From contig OZ024746.1 in NCBI GenBank assembly GCA_964016885.1, positions 1,302,001-1,366,000 of the forward strand: DNA of 64,000 nucleotides, given 5' to 3'. This document shows, one piece after another, positions 1 through 12,066 of this stretch. Below the pieces are notes generated by a model that was not told where the DNA came from, did no database searches, and saw only the letters and a list, made by a program, of their open reading frames with translations. Both the position numbers and the translations under genes were made by a program. This stretch comes from Eledone cirrhosa. Lineage: Eukaryota. Each line of letters opens with the position of its first letter. The first letter of the stretch is position 1.

Positions 1-205
1 ATTTTTATAACTGATATAAAGCACTCCAGGAAGCTCCAACTGTTAAGGTTGTCTTTTTTTCGGGTATGTCAATATTTATTTATAAAACAAATCTGTATTT
101 TATCTGATGAAAGCGCACCATAATTTGCCTTGGTTGCCCTTGAAATATATATAATAAAATAAATATGGTTTTATAAATATAGTTTCCATTTATTAATATA
201 TTGTA
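1..205 (+). mobile_element. PLE-derived end fragment with minimal hammerhead (96-161)
   Basis: tattttat-CTGATGA-stemII-GAA-ATATATAT-A-ataaaata. Same family as the copies at 18.7, 27.3 and 62.3 kb. Confidence 0.7.
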
Positions 206-465
206 TATGTATATATGTATATATATCTTTACTTATTTTTATTAATGACCTTTCCAGGGTGTGACACAGAGTTCACCCGCCGGGCTTTCAAACACTGTCC
301 TCCTGTCTAATTTCACTCACAAGACTTGAGTCGACCCAAGTCTATGGTAAATGACATTTGTCTAAGATGCCAGGCAGTGAGATAGAAACTGGGACCTCAT
401 GATTGGGAAGATGGGCAGTGATTTGGCCGCCATAGTTGACCCACCGACGAGAGGATGAACCCGTT

Positions 466-575
<110 letters not shown>

Positions 576-959
576 AAGGCGTCATTTGTAGTAACATGGA
601 TTGCCTCCAGGCCGCCGGGATAACATCTGAGGGGTCATTCCTGTACAAGATGCAGCACTGTCTGGGGTTAGTGTCCCACAGTCACATACTGGGATATCTT
701 TTATTTTCCATGGATAAAGATGATGACATGTGTTGTGCAGATTTGATTAGGTGACAGCCATTAGCAAAAGTGAATGTGATGTCTTTAAAATGTAGAATAA
801 GATTATGAAGGGAAATAACTCCGTTATTACAAACATCTGAGTTAAAGGGAAATAACTTTCATATTTTCTTCTTTTTCTTCTTCATCTTCTTAATTTTCTT
901 CTTCCTTTTCTTCTTCTTTTACTTGTCGTTCTTCGACCACTTATTCCTGAGAAGGGGGG

Positions 960-1262
960 GGGGGGCAGAGTCCTCAAACACCCTGTCTAGCCCGTCCTAT
1001 TATAAACAACCATCTCCAATTAATCCAGCGGGATCCCTAAACAAGACCAAACCAACCAGAGATGTTATCCAACTATCTTGCTCGGGGTCTATCCCTGGTT
1101 TGTCCGTAAAATCTGTCCAGTGATTCTTTCGTCAGACATTCTAACTACATGTCCATAGTATCGGAGCTGTGATCTCTTAATTCGGAGAATTAGCAGCTCT
1201 ACCTGGAGTGACTCTCTCATCTCCGAGCTACGCACTTTCATATCAACACGTTTGTTTTCTCC
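960..1262 (-). mobile_element. Decayed RTE-like LINE 3' fragment
   Basis: Minus-strand translation RSSEMRESLQVELLILRIKRSQLRYYGHVVRMSDERI, matching the RLRWxGHVxRM motif. Confidence 0.7.
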
Positions 1263-1407
1263 ATATTTTTAAAAATAAATGTAAGTATGTATGTATTTAT
1301 ACGTACATACATATATGTATACAGACGTACAGTAGTATGTATATATATATACATACATGCACACATATATATATGCACGTATCGGTTTATCGAACATTTA
1401 TTATAAT

Positions 1408-1586
1408 TGTTTCTACTTTTGGCACAAGGCCAGCAATTATCCAGTGCATTACTGGTACTTTATTTTATCGACCCCGTAAGGATGAAAGGCAAAGTCAACC
1501 TCGGCGGGATTTGAACTCAGATCGTAAAGGGACGTAACTATGCTGGAAAGCATGGCGTCCGACTCTCTACCGATACTGCCAATCCA
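1408..1586 (-). mobile_element. tRNA-derived SINE family 1 (MetaSINE-like core) with TSD TTATTATAAT
   Basis: A box TGGCAGTATCGG, B box GAGTTCAAATCC, core GCCTTTCATCCTTACGGGGTCGATAAAATAAAGTACC. Other copies at ~4595-4806, 7820-8200, 8781-8965, 16740-16885, 17910-18085, 23770-23875, 42470-42860, 48710-48875, 58040-58160. Confidence 0.85.
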
Positions 1587-1690
1587 TTATTATAATGCTC
1601 GGTTTGTCTGTAAACAAACAAACAGCCCGAATTACGCCGTACAGTGTTTAGGCAACCACGTCACCTTTTTGTTCAACACTGACACAGGAA

Positions 1691-1731
1691 CGATGTACTA
1701 GTTTCAAGCTTATTAGCTATCGTCAGCATCG
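1691..1731 (-). ncRNA. Minimal type I hammerhead ribozyme
   Basis: CGATG-CTGACGA-tAGCTaataAGCTt-GAA-ACTAGT-A-CATCG. Perfect stem I, palindromic stem III, GUA site. Confidence 0.85.
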
Positions 1732-2122
1732 TATACCTTCCTGCCAGATGGTTGAACGTCTGAAAGTATATACTTTCCTTGTGCATATTAACGGCTGAGC
1801 AGCCTAAACCGATACGTGCATATATATATGTATGCATGTATATATATATATACATACTACTGTACGTCTGTATACATATATGTATGTACGTATACATACT
1901 TACATTTAAGTAAGTGTCGTACTCAGAGTGAGAAATGAAATTTCGTTTCATTCTATTCCATTTAAAAATAAATATATACATCTAACATATTTTATAAATT
2001 ATATTAAACTAGTTGGCACAGTTTCGTCAAAAATGACGGCTAATTGTTATATTTTAGGTCTACAAAGATAGAAAGCAAGGTTTTAGTAACGACTGTAGTG
2101 TCCACCTGTCTGGTAGGAACAT

Positions 2123-2322
2123 ATACTACCACTGTTGCTGCTGCTACTACTGCTGCTACTACTACTGCTGCTGCTATACCACTACTACTACCACTACTAC
2201 CACTACTACTGCTACTACTGCTGAGATTACTACTACTACTACTACTGCTACTACTACTACTACTACTACTGCTGCTGCTGGTATTACTACTACTACTACT
2301 ACTACTACTACTGCTGCTGCTG

Positions 2323-2366
<44 letters not shown>

Positions 2367-2676
2367 GTTGCTACTACTACCACTGCTACTACTACTACTG
2401 CTGGTACTACTACTACTACTGCTGCTACTACTGCTGCTACTACTACTACTACTACCACTACTACTGCTACTGCTGCTGGTACTACTACTACTGCTGCTAC
2501 TACCGCTACTACTACTACTACTGCTGGTACTACTACTACTACTACTACTAATCATTACTACTACTGCTGCTACTACTGCTACTACTACTGCTGCTGCTGC
2601 TACCACTACTGCTACTGCTACTGCTACTAATACTGCTGCTGCTACTACTGCTGCTGCTATTACTACTACTACTACG

Positions 2677-2709
<33 letters not shown>

Positions 2710-2810
2710 ACTACTACTACTATTACTACTACTGCTACTACCACTACTACTGCTACTACTACTGCTACTACTACTAATATTGCTGTTGCTACTGACGATG
2801 ATGATGATAA
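2123..2810. repeat. (CTA/CTG)n trinucleotide tract
   Basis: Directly visible. Explains the poly-L/T/S/V ORFs. Confidence 0.95.
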
Positions 2811-3037
2811 TTAAGAAATGGTATGCGTGTTTACACGTTAATTCTACAACCAGGATGTTTCGCTGATCAAGTAACAGGAACACTCGTCGTCGGAACCGAC
2901 GGAGATCCATCATAGTGACAGTTATATAAAAATATGTTAGCTAACACATTCCATAAATGTTAGCTAACATTCCATAAATGTTAGCTAACTAACACATTCC
3001 ATAAAGTGTTTATGGCCACACTGGGGCACCACCATTT

Positions 3038-3044
3038 AAAAAAA
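3038..3044 (-). terminator. Pol III oligo-T terminator of tRNA-Glu
   Basis: T7 run on the minus strand 4 nt after the tRNA 3' end. Confidence 0.75.
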
Positions 3045-3048
3045 CACT

Positions 3049-3120
3049 TTCCCAAGCGGGGAATCGAACCCCGGCCGCCGCGGTGAGAGCGCGGAATCCT
3101 AACCACTAGACCACTTGGGA
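3049..3120 (-). tRNA. tRNA-Glu(CTC)
   Basis: Reverse complement TCCCAAGTGGTCTAGTGGTTAGGATTCCGCGCTCTCACCGCGGCGGCCGGGGTTCGATTCCCCGCTTGGGAA. 72 nt, all stems pair, A and B boxes present. Confidence 0.95.
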
Positions 3121-3284
3121 TGTATATATAAAGATATCTTATTTTAAAGATGAGGTTGATGTTGTTATAGATCAAATTTTGATTAATCAGAACTATGCCA
3201 AAATACATTCCAGTTGTGACCATCCCCTATTGTAGGGGTATCTAGGACTTTTGTAAGTTGTTAGGGGTGTTGTTTGGGAGAGAT

Positions 3285-3490
3285 TTGACTGCTATTTCTA
3301 GCAGGTCGAGGGACTACGTAGAGAGGCTCTCGTGAAACTATCTATCTGGGAGGGTTGACTGCTATTTCTGGCAGGTCGAGGGACTACGTAGAGAGGCTCT
3401 CGTGAAACTATATCTGGGAGGGTTGACTGCTATTTCTGGCAGGTCGAGGGACTACGTAGAGAGGCTCTCGTGAAACTATCTATCTCGGAG
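3285..3490. repeat. ~70-bp tandem repeat x3 between tRNA-Glu and COX7A2L
   Basis: Unit gactgctatttctggcaggtcgagggactacgtagagaggctctcgtgaaactatc... at ~3287, 3357, 3425. Confidence 0.9.
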
Positions 3491-3874
3491 ACATGCGGAC
3501 AAGAAGAAGCTGACCATTGACCCCATACTATGCAGAACCTTCCACAGCAGGTTCCAAGGAACGAGGTCATATGTCTTTTCAATCTGGAACTTGCTGTTGA
3601 AATGTTTATGTAAATAAAAACTATTAATATAATCTATTTTATCAATCCAAATGGATGAAAGACAGAATCAACCTTGGATAGGACTTTAGTGTGTATATTT
3701 ACATTGAGAGAGGTGGGAGTGTGAGGAGGGGTGTTTGTGTGTGAGAGTGTGTGTGTGTTTGTGTAAGAGAGAGAGTGTGTGTGTATGCATTGTATGAGAG
3801 TTATCTCCCCTGTTCAAGTAACTCTTTCGTATGTCCTTTCATTAATGTCCTCTCGGTTAAACTAATTCTTCAAA

Positions 3875-3946
3875 ATGTTCTACAAATTTAACAGTTTACG
3901 GGGAAAGATTGCCCCATCATCACAGGGTGCAGCATATTTTCCTCAG
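3875..3946 (+). CDS. COX7A2L: COX7A2L/SCAF1-like, coding exon 1 (MFYKFNSLRGKIAPSSQGAAYFPQ)
   Basis: ATG at 3875, 24 codons, donor CAG|GTAC at 3947. Resembles the vertebrate SCAF1 N-terminus MYYKF...AYSPQ (recalled from memory). Confidence 0.88.
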
Positions 3947-4231
3947 GTACTATTTTATCATTGTAATATTACAACCTCATAATTTAATTATTTATATTGT
4001 GTATGTCCTTGGCTAACACCGCACATTCACACATCTGTTGTGATTTGTTTCAAAGAAGGTGATAGTTCTATCAGTTTTGTTTAGAATTGTTTAATTTTGT
4101 TCTGGTTGTTATTCATTTTTGTGTTGTTTAAACTAGTAAGGCAGGGAATACGTCGGACTACATTTAACTAATCTGTCCTTGCGTTAAAAAAAAATAACTG
4201 TAGTGTGTCATTTATGTGTACATCTCACACC

Positions 4232-4465
4232 TATGCAGGTTTAGCTGGCCTCCTCCAAGGTATATCTCGTTGGAGGTGTCGTGGGTGATTTAATGATAGG
4301 GACCCCAGTCCTATCATCTCATTTCTACAACTGAGTAAACTGGAGTAACGTGAAATAAAGTGTCTTGCTCAAGGAAACAACACATCACCTGGTCTGGGAA
4401 TAAGACTCACAACCTTTCGATTGCAAGCCCAATGCTCTAACCACTAAGCCATGTACCTTCACACA
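4232..4465 (-). mobile_element. tRNA-derived SINE family 2 (CORE/V-like domain)
   Basis: Head TGGCTTAGTGGTTAGAGCATTGG, then CCTTGAGCAAGACACTTTATTTCAC. Other copies at 16970-17140, 29580-29680, 43405-45030, 50560-50680, 61935-62215. Confidence 0.8.
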
Positions 4466-5651
4466 GTGTGTCATTTGAGAGAGATTTGACTGCTATTTCT
4501 GAATAGAGAACTGAATAAAATACTTCATGTATGTCTCTAAACCATGAGTTCAATTTCCTCTTTCATTTTTCCGCGATCAATCAAGTACCGATGGTTTCTG
4601 ATTTAAGCACAAGGCCAACAATTTTGGGGGAAGAGGAAAGTCATTTAAATCGACTCCAGTGCGTTACTGGTACTTTATTTTATCGACCCCATAAGGATGA
4701 AAGGTAAAGCTAACCTCGGCGGGATTTGAACTCAGAATGTAAAGGGACGTAACTATATGTCACAAAGCATGTCCGATGCTCTACCGATTCCTGCCAATCC
4801 ACCGCAATCAATCAAATACCAAAAATGTCCAATGTAATCCTTTTGATACCATATTAAGTGCTGGTGCCTCGATAAAAGGTCCCTTGTCCGCACTGTAAAA
4901 TGGTAGTGGTGGTGCAACAGTAAAATGCACCCAGTCCACTCTGTAAAGTGTTACTGCTGGTTCCACGATAAAATGTATCCAGTCCACACTGTAAATTGGT
5001 AGTGCTGGTGACATGAAAACAAAACCTGTACAACCTTCATCACCAACAACAACAAAAAAGTGTTTTAAAGCCATTTTCTCTGCTCAAGCAAGGATTAAGC
5101 TTTTGCATTCTCATGGGGTCATTTTTTATGCAAAGTTATATGGCTAGATGCCCTTCTTGGCAATAACCCTTTTAATTGTCTCTTATGATATAGAGAGACA
5201 TGTTGGACCTATTCTAAACCACATACACCCAGTACATTATACATGACATAGGAAAGAGCATCCAGCTGTAAAAATCCCTGCTAAAAACAATATATGAGCA
5301 AGATGTGGTTCTCCAATACATCTTGTTTCAGATGATAACTCATTCAACATCTGTGCCATCAATATCATCGTTTTAATGTCTGCTTTCCCTGCCAACAAGA
5401 GTTGGAAAACAAATGTGAAGTGAGGATGGTGATGATGATGATGACACACACACAGCATTCTTCAACAGCAATAATATAATTAATCTTTATAGAAATCATC
5501 ATCATCATTTAACATCCATTTTTTTCCATGCTAGCATGAGTTAGATGAGTTGTCCTGTTGTGAGACAAGTCAGATGAGATGACCATGTCAAGCTCATACA
5601 GAACTGATTTTGGCTTCATTCTATGGCTGGATGCCCTTCCTAATGCCAACC

Positions 5652-6320
5652 ACATTTACTGTGTGTACTGGACACTTTTTGTCATGACACCTACATGCCC
5701 ACTTTACAGTGTGTACTGGATACTTTTTGTCATGACACCTACATGACCACTTTACAGTGTGTACTGGATACTTTTTGTCATGACACCTACATGACCACTT
5801 TACAGTGTGTACTGGACACTTTTTGTCAGGACACCTACATGCCCACTTTACAGTGTGTACTGGACACTTTTTGTCAGGACACCTACATGCCCACTTTACA
5901 GTGTGTACTGGACACTTTTTGTCAGGACACCTACATGACCACTTTACAGTGTGTACTGGACACTTTTTGTCAGGACACCTACATGACCACTTTACAGTGT
6001 GTTCTGGACACTTTTTGTTATGACACCTACATGACCACTTTACAGTGTGTACTGGTCACTTTTTGTCAGGACACCTACATGACCACTTTACAGTGTGTTC
6101 TGGACACTTTTTGTTATGACACCTACATGCCCACTTTACAGTGTGGACTGGGTACTTTTTGTTGTGACACCTACATGACCACTTGACAGTGTGGACTGGG
6201 TACTTTCTGTTGTGACACCTACATGACCACATTTCTGTGTTGACTGGGTGCTTTTTTGTCGTGTGCCCTACTCAACCACTTTACAGTGTGGACTGGGTAC
6301 CTTTTGTTGTGACACCTACA
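5652..6320. repeat. 48-bp minisatellite (~14 copies) derived from RTE 5'UTR-like sequence
   Basis: Unit atgaccactttacagtgtgtactggacactttttgtcaggacacctac follows ggatgcccttcctaatgccaacc. The same context occurs in the RTE 5' end at 15215-15285. Confidence 0.85.
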
Positions 6321-6361
6321 CGACAGAAATATTATTTAAAATTTATATTTTCTTCTTGCAG

Positions 6362-6538
6362 GGGTTACATCCGTTGAAAGAATTTGATTCTAAACTGACA
6401 TTTGAGAGCAAATCTGTGGTAACAACCCGTGTTTTACCTGAGGTAGCACAAGAGGCTGCTTATATAGGACCACCTCTTGGAAAAGTTCCCAAGACTTCTA
6501 TATATAAAGGTGTCATGGAATTACAAAAACACTTTCTG
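6362..6538 (+). CDS. COX7A2L: COX7A2L-like, coding exon 2 (GLHPLKEF...VMELQKHFL, 59 aa)
   Basis: Acceptor ttcttcttgcAG, donor GTAAGA, phase 0 at both ends. Joining gives PQ|GLHP (cf. PQGLKP) and ELQKHF (cf. ELQKFF). Confidence 0.88.
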
Positions 6539-7335
6539 GTAAGAATTGTTTTGACAAATATTTCATTTCTCTGTTGTCCAACTCTCAGGTTATAATTTTT
6601 TTTAAATTAATTCAATTTACAGCTCACACCTCTGTAGGTTTAATTAGCCTCACACAAGGTTGTATCTTATAGGAGATCTTGGCTGTTTTAATGATAGGGA
6701 CTCCATTGTGTTCGGAAGGGAGCAAACCCTTGTATTAAACCATTCAACGGAGATATTGAGAATGAAACATTTTAAAACAGTCTAGAATTAACAGAGTTAT
6801 CTACCTTGTCTTCAGCGTTGTGGTTTGATTACAGGAGTAAATGTAGGTAAGAACCCATAGCTCCTAGAGAAGTAAGGGCACCACAGTGACATTCAGTGTG
6901 TCTTGTGGAGCCCAACCTATCTCTATCGCTGCATGAGATATAGTGGAAGAATTGACCCCAATATTGGACTGGTACTTTTATTATCGACCTCAAAAAGATG
7001 AAATGCAAGGTTGAGCTCAGGAAGCCAGAACTTCTAAAGGTCCTGCCAATTTGTCGCCTATATAATCTACATTCCAGCATCAAGCTTTGATTGTGATCAA
7101 AGGCAGTGTTGTAAATGTTATAGTGTTGTGTTGTTCCTCTATACCAAGGAAGACTAGGTCATTTGAGAGTTAAGTGTCATGGTTAGAGATAATACAATGT
7201 CAATGAGAAGATATAAACCAAAGACTTCTTAGTTGTCTGTCTATACCCTATTAACTTACAGTGCTGCTGTCTCAATAAAATACATCTAAATATTGAACAA
7301 TTATATTATTTGTGTGTATTTATAACTTATATCAT

Positions 7336-7586
7336 TAGAACGTCTGATAGAATGGTAGAGTTGTTAGAACCTCAGATAGAATGGTAGAGTGGTGAGAACA
7401 TCAGATAGAATGGTACAGTGGTGAGAACATCAGATAGAATAGTAGAGTGGTTAGAACGTCAGATAGAATGGTAGAGTGGTGAGAACATCAGATAGAATGG
7501 TACAGTGATGAGAACATCAGATAGAATAGTAGAGTGGTTAGAACGTCAGATAGAATGGTAGAGTGTTTAGAACGTCAGATAGAATA
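7336..7586 (+). repeat. 29-bp SINE A-box tandem (~8 copies) continuing into a SINE1 body
   Basis: Unit agaatggtagagtggttagaacgtcagat. B-box-like gagtgcaaatccc and the SINE core follow at 7610-7695. Confidence 0.85.
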
Positions 7587-8260
7587 TTTTGTGGTATTTG
7601 TCTCTGCTCTCTGAGTGCAAATCCCACCAAGGTCAACTTCAGCTTTCATCCATTGAAGGTCGATAACAAAAGTACCAGTCAAGTACTGGGGTCAATTCTT
7701 CCTCACTTCCATTCTCTCATTCTCTATCTTTCTCTGGAAGAAATCTTGTAGAGTTGAACAAGTTGTCATCTGAAACAACATGTCCCTACGACTCCCTCAG
7801 GAGTTACTATAATTATAACTGTTTCTACTTTTGGCACAAAGCCAGCAATTATCCAGGGTATTACTGGTACTTTATTTTATCAACCCCATAAGGATGAAAG
7901 GCAAAGTTAACCTCGGCGGGATTTGACCTCAGATCATAAAGGGCCGTAACTCTTTGCTGCAAAGCATGGCGTCCAACTCTCTACCGATACTGCCAATGCT
8001 TTCTGATTTACACACAAGGGCAGCAATTTTGAGTGAGGGGGAAACGATCAAATTGGCCCCAGTGCGTGACTGGTACTTTATTTAATCGACTCCATAAAGT
8101 TGAAAGGTAAAGCTAACCTCAGCAGGATTAGAATTGAGAACGTAAAGGGCCGTAACACTATGCCATGAAGTATGGTGTCCAATTACTGCCAATCCACCAA
8201 TAATAATAGCCTATAATAGTTCAACTGTAGATCTTTAATTGTTGTTTCTATTATTTCCAG

Positions 8261-8399
8261 AAAAGGGATGGCTTGTTAGTGTGGCAAAAACGAGGAGCAC
8301 GTGATAGATTTTTGTACGCATTCTCGATGGGTTTATGTGCTGTTGGATTGCTTCTGTGTGGGAAAACACTAGTCACAATGTCATTTCCTCGGAAAAGTG
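8261..8399 (+). CDS. COX7A2L: COX7A2L-like, coding exon 3 (KRDGLLVWQKRGARDRFLYAFSMGLCAVGLLLCGKTLVTMSFPRKS)
   Basis: Acceptor ttatttccAG, donor GTAAGT. COX7A signature DG.x.V..KRG..D..LY...M.L, a TM helix and terminal SFP.K. Confidence 0.9.
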
Positions 8400-9477
8400 G
8401 TAAGTATTTTACCTTGTCTGTGTGTGAATTGGTGTTATAAGAGCTGGTGGGTTGGAAAAATGTGAAAAATTAAGCAAGGGTAGGGGGTGATTATTCGAGA
8501 CTCAAGAGTATTTTGCAGTGAGTTAGTTTAATAACCAGATGGTTGTTTATTTTTTATTGTCATCAAAGCAAACACATTGTGACCTCCTCAGTGACTACGT
8601 TATTTTGTGTCTCTCCTTATTTCTGTCCTACACCATCTTGTTTTTGTGAGCATGACCCTCCCAACGTATAACACTATATATATATATAAACTATAATAAA
8701 GTAAGAAGCGTGGGACTGCAGACGGTTTATAATTTTTTTATTCCATTAGTAAAATAAGTTGGATTACTTTGAATAAATAATTGTTTCTACTTTAGGCACA
8801 AGGCCAGCAATTACCCAGTGCATTACTGGTACTTTATTTTATCGACCCCGTAAGAATGAAAGGCAAAGTCAACCTCGGCGGGATTTGAACTCAGATCGTA
8901 AAGGGACGTAACTATGCTGGAAAGCATGGCGTCCGACCCTCTACCGATACTGCCAATCCACCGCCTACTTGAATAAATCCACCTTTGAAGAAATAATGAA
9001 TGAATATTACATAATTTATCTACTAAATTTCGTGGCTGTTCATTAAATATATTTTATTGCTTATTTAAAGATTCACTTCTTTAAAATTTTCAAATGTCAA
9101 CACTTCCGGTTAACGATCGCTTAAATAAATATTCATATATTTCTGTCACTAATTTTCTCCTAATGCAGTTTATATATAATACCGTCTTTTTTTAATGTAT
9201 CATGGATTACGTTACTGATTACATAAGACAGTGTAACGCAGTCTTCGTTAAATTTCTGTGTATATTGTCAATTACGATTTTATTTGATCATATCTACTTG
9301 TGTATATACTTGCGTATAATATCAATATGCACACTACCCATACTAGCAGAAAACCACCTGAAGGGTGGATTTTCTGCTAGTATATATAATCATCAATACT
9401 TTATTTTTGGTATTAGGTATTGATTTTATGTTAAATTTAAATATCACAAATCAATTAATGTTTTATTTATTTTCCAG

Positions 9478-9482
9478 ATTGA
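9478..9482 (+). CDS. COX7A2L: COX7A2L-like terminal exon: completes Asp codon (G|AT) then TGA
   Basis: Acceptor ttttatttattttccAG ending at 9477. AATAAA follows at 9561-9566. Confidence 0.65.
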
Positions 9483-9925
9483 TACATGAAGAATTTAGTT
9501 CACCAATTTATTGAAAGTTGTGAAAGGAGCAGGTTAAGTCTTCAATGAACATTTTAGATTAATAAATAGAATATCTTTCATGAGTTTTTTTCTTTTATTT
9601 CTCTAACAAGATTTAGGGAGTTGTCTTTTGAGGTTTTTATTTACTGAATTTCATAGAATCATTTTCACTACTTCTAATTAAGGGGTTAATTTTATTGTTG
9701 TTGTTATTAAAAGGTAGTGGGAAAGTCATTAGAACATCGGGTAGAATGGTTTGTAACATTTCTTCTCATTCTCTGTGTTCTCAGTTCAAACCTGGCTGTC
9801 ATCAGCTCTACCGCTCACTTTTGCAAAGTTAATAACTAGCCCAATCTTTTTCTCCTCACTTCCCCCTCTCTCTATCCTTCTCTATTATACACCCTCTCCC
9901 TCTATCCTTCTCTATTATACCCCCC

Positions 9926-9961
<36 letters not shown>

Positions 9962-10011
9962 CTCCAGGGAGTGTAACTTGGAGTTGCTGTAGGTTCACCC
10001 ATTAACATTAC

Positions 10012-10093
10012 AAGGGATCTGACGAGCCACGGATTACAGAGTCGGGTCAGATCGAACCTTGAGCTGATCAGTGGCGAAACGCGCGTCACCAAC
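10012..10093 (+). ncRNA. Hammerhead ribozyme motif in a (TA)n-flanked element (9962-10141)
   Basis: CTGACGA-GCCAC...GTGGC-GAA-ACGCGCGT-C. GUC site, stem I imperfect. Confidence 0.7.
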
Positions 10094-10275
10094 CAATAAA
10101 CGTAATGAAGGAGTAACCAATCATCCTTGTTATCTTTACACTATATATATATAGTAGAAACAAAGTTTCATACACTTAACATGTATCAGGTACCATTGGT
10201 TTTGGGGTCCAGTTATGGCCACCACTGTCTATTGGAGAAGGCACTTTTAAACTGACCGTCATTGGGCATGGAAAC

Positions 10276-10326
<51 letters not shown>

Positions 10327-11104
10327 AATAGGTATATATAATATATAATATATATATATATATATATAACCCATGCAAGCATGGAACAGCAGATGTAAAA
10401 GTGATGATACAGATATATATATATATATATATATATTAGTGGAAGCTTAGTAAAATCGAAGCATTGGCTGCGGCCAAGCTAACCCCCTACAATTAGGAAT
10501 GAGCAGCAAAGCACTCAATAAGGGTGCAGCCCTTAGAGTAATAACAGACGTTTAGACAGCTTGACAGATTGAAAATTGCAGCAGGTAGACCTAGCCGCAC
10601 AATAACAAACAACGAAAAAAATAATCATATATATATATATATATGATAATAGGTATATATAATATATATATATATAATCCCATGCAAGCATAGAAAAGCG
10701 GATGTAAAAATGCTGATGACACGTATATATAATAAGTTGTAGTGAGAGTAGAGCAGATAGAATTGTTTGAGGTGGGATAAAGAACTCAATGGTGTGAAAA
10801 GTTAATACATTTTCATCCAGAATAAACAGAAAATTAAGAAAGTGTGGCCCCATAAATAAAAGGACCAAGTGTGGCCATAGTTTATACAGGAGACTAATCT
10901 GGACCAAATAGATGAGAATTGATAGAAATTGTAGAAAGAAGGGGGTAGTGTAGACAATGTAAAGTTTGGAGGTACAAGAGATGTAATGGAATTGCAGGTA
11001 GGCAGAAAAGATAGACTTTATATATGGCAGATACTGAGGGAAAGTAAGCACACAGGTAAGTGAAACAGATTCCCTCACCTACCAGGAGACTATTTTCTGT
11101 TTAG

Positions 11105-11310
11105 TTTTGGTTGGGTGGGTGGTTAGATGATTGGTTGGGTGGGTGGGTGGTTAGATGATTGGTTGGTTGGTTGGGTGGGTGGTTAGATGATTGGTTGGTT
11201 GGTTGGGTGGGTAGTTGGTTGGTTGGGTGGGTGCGTGGGTAGTTGGTTGGTTGGGTGGGTAGTTGGTTGGTTGGTTGTATGGGTGGTGGGTTGGTTGGTT
11301 GGATGGGTAG
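11105..11310. repeat. (GGTT/GGGT)n microsatellite
   Basis: Directly visible. Confidence 0.9.
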
Positions 11311-12066
11311 CTAGACATGGATAGATTGATGGTTACCTGGCTAGATGAACAGGAAACTCTCCAGCCAGTTAAGAAATTCAATATTATAAACACAACTTTC
11401 ATTGCTACTGATATCTTTACCTAGTTTCTAACAGCCGATCAAATGTTGACATTAATTCCTTCTAAATTAAACGAGAGCATCATGCCAGAAGAACGTGTTA
11501 CACAAGCAGAGCCGGCACCTGGGTATTTAACACCCTGGCTTGCCCTACCATCTACATTCTGCTTCTCATAGTTGTGAGTCCCATTCTGTGAAATAAATTA
11601 TTTTCAATATACAGTTTGGCAAGCTAACAAACCAGGTTTTTGACATATGTCCTGACCACACTAAGAAAACCACAAAGCCTACTTTCTCTGTTACACAGTC
11701 CACATTCACCCATGCCAAATCATTTAACACCATATCACCCTCACTATCACTTTCAAGATTTCCACACAGCTGCTCCATGACAAGGATTTTTAGTGATTTA
11801 TTTATTGATTACAAGAAATACTATATATTAATTACCACGTATTTGTGGTGGGGACAATAATATTGTTAGAACTTAATGTGGTCTTGAGATTCAGCAAGAT
11901 TAGTGACTCCTATAGATTTTGTGGTAGGCAACCACTGCATATGGTTTCTTTGCAGAAGTATCTGCCCAGGTTACAGAGATATTTATATATAATATATATA
12001 TATATATATGGTATTAAGTGATACATGGATTGGGCCATTACTGGCTGAAACCTATCAAAGTTATCA

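Larger units (their letters stand above)
1280..1965. mobile_element. Hammerhead-bearing non-autonomous element in fold-back form, interrupted by a SINE
   Basis: Inverted arms 1280-1388 and 1806-1905 plus a tail to ~1965. The core is homologous to 28410-28650. Confidence 0.75.

Noticed and set aside
2040-2913. Poly-Leu/Thr/Ser/Val ORFs
   Set aside because: Translations of a trinucleotide tract that is open in several frames on both strands.
3493-3565. Alternative upstream coding exon for COX7A2L
   Set aside because: The ATG frame stops after 6 codons, and the ATG at 3875 already gives the conserved N-terminus.
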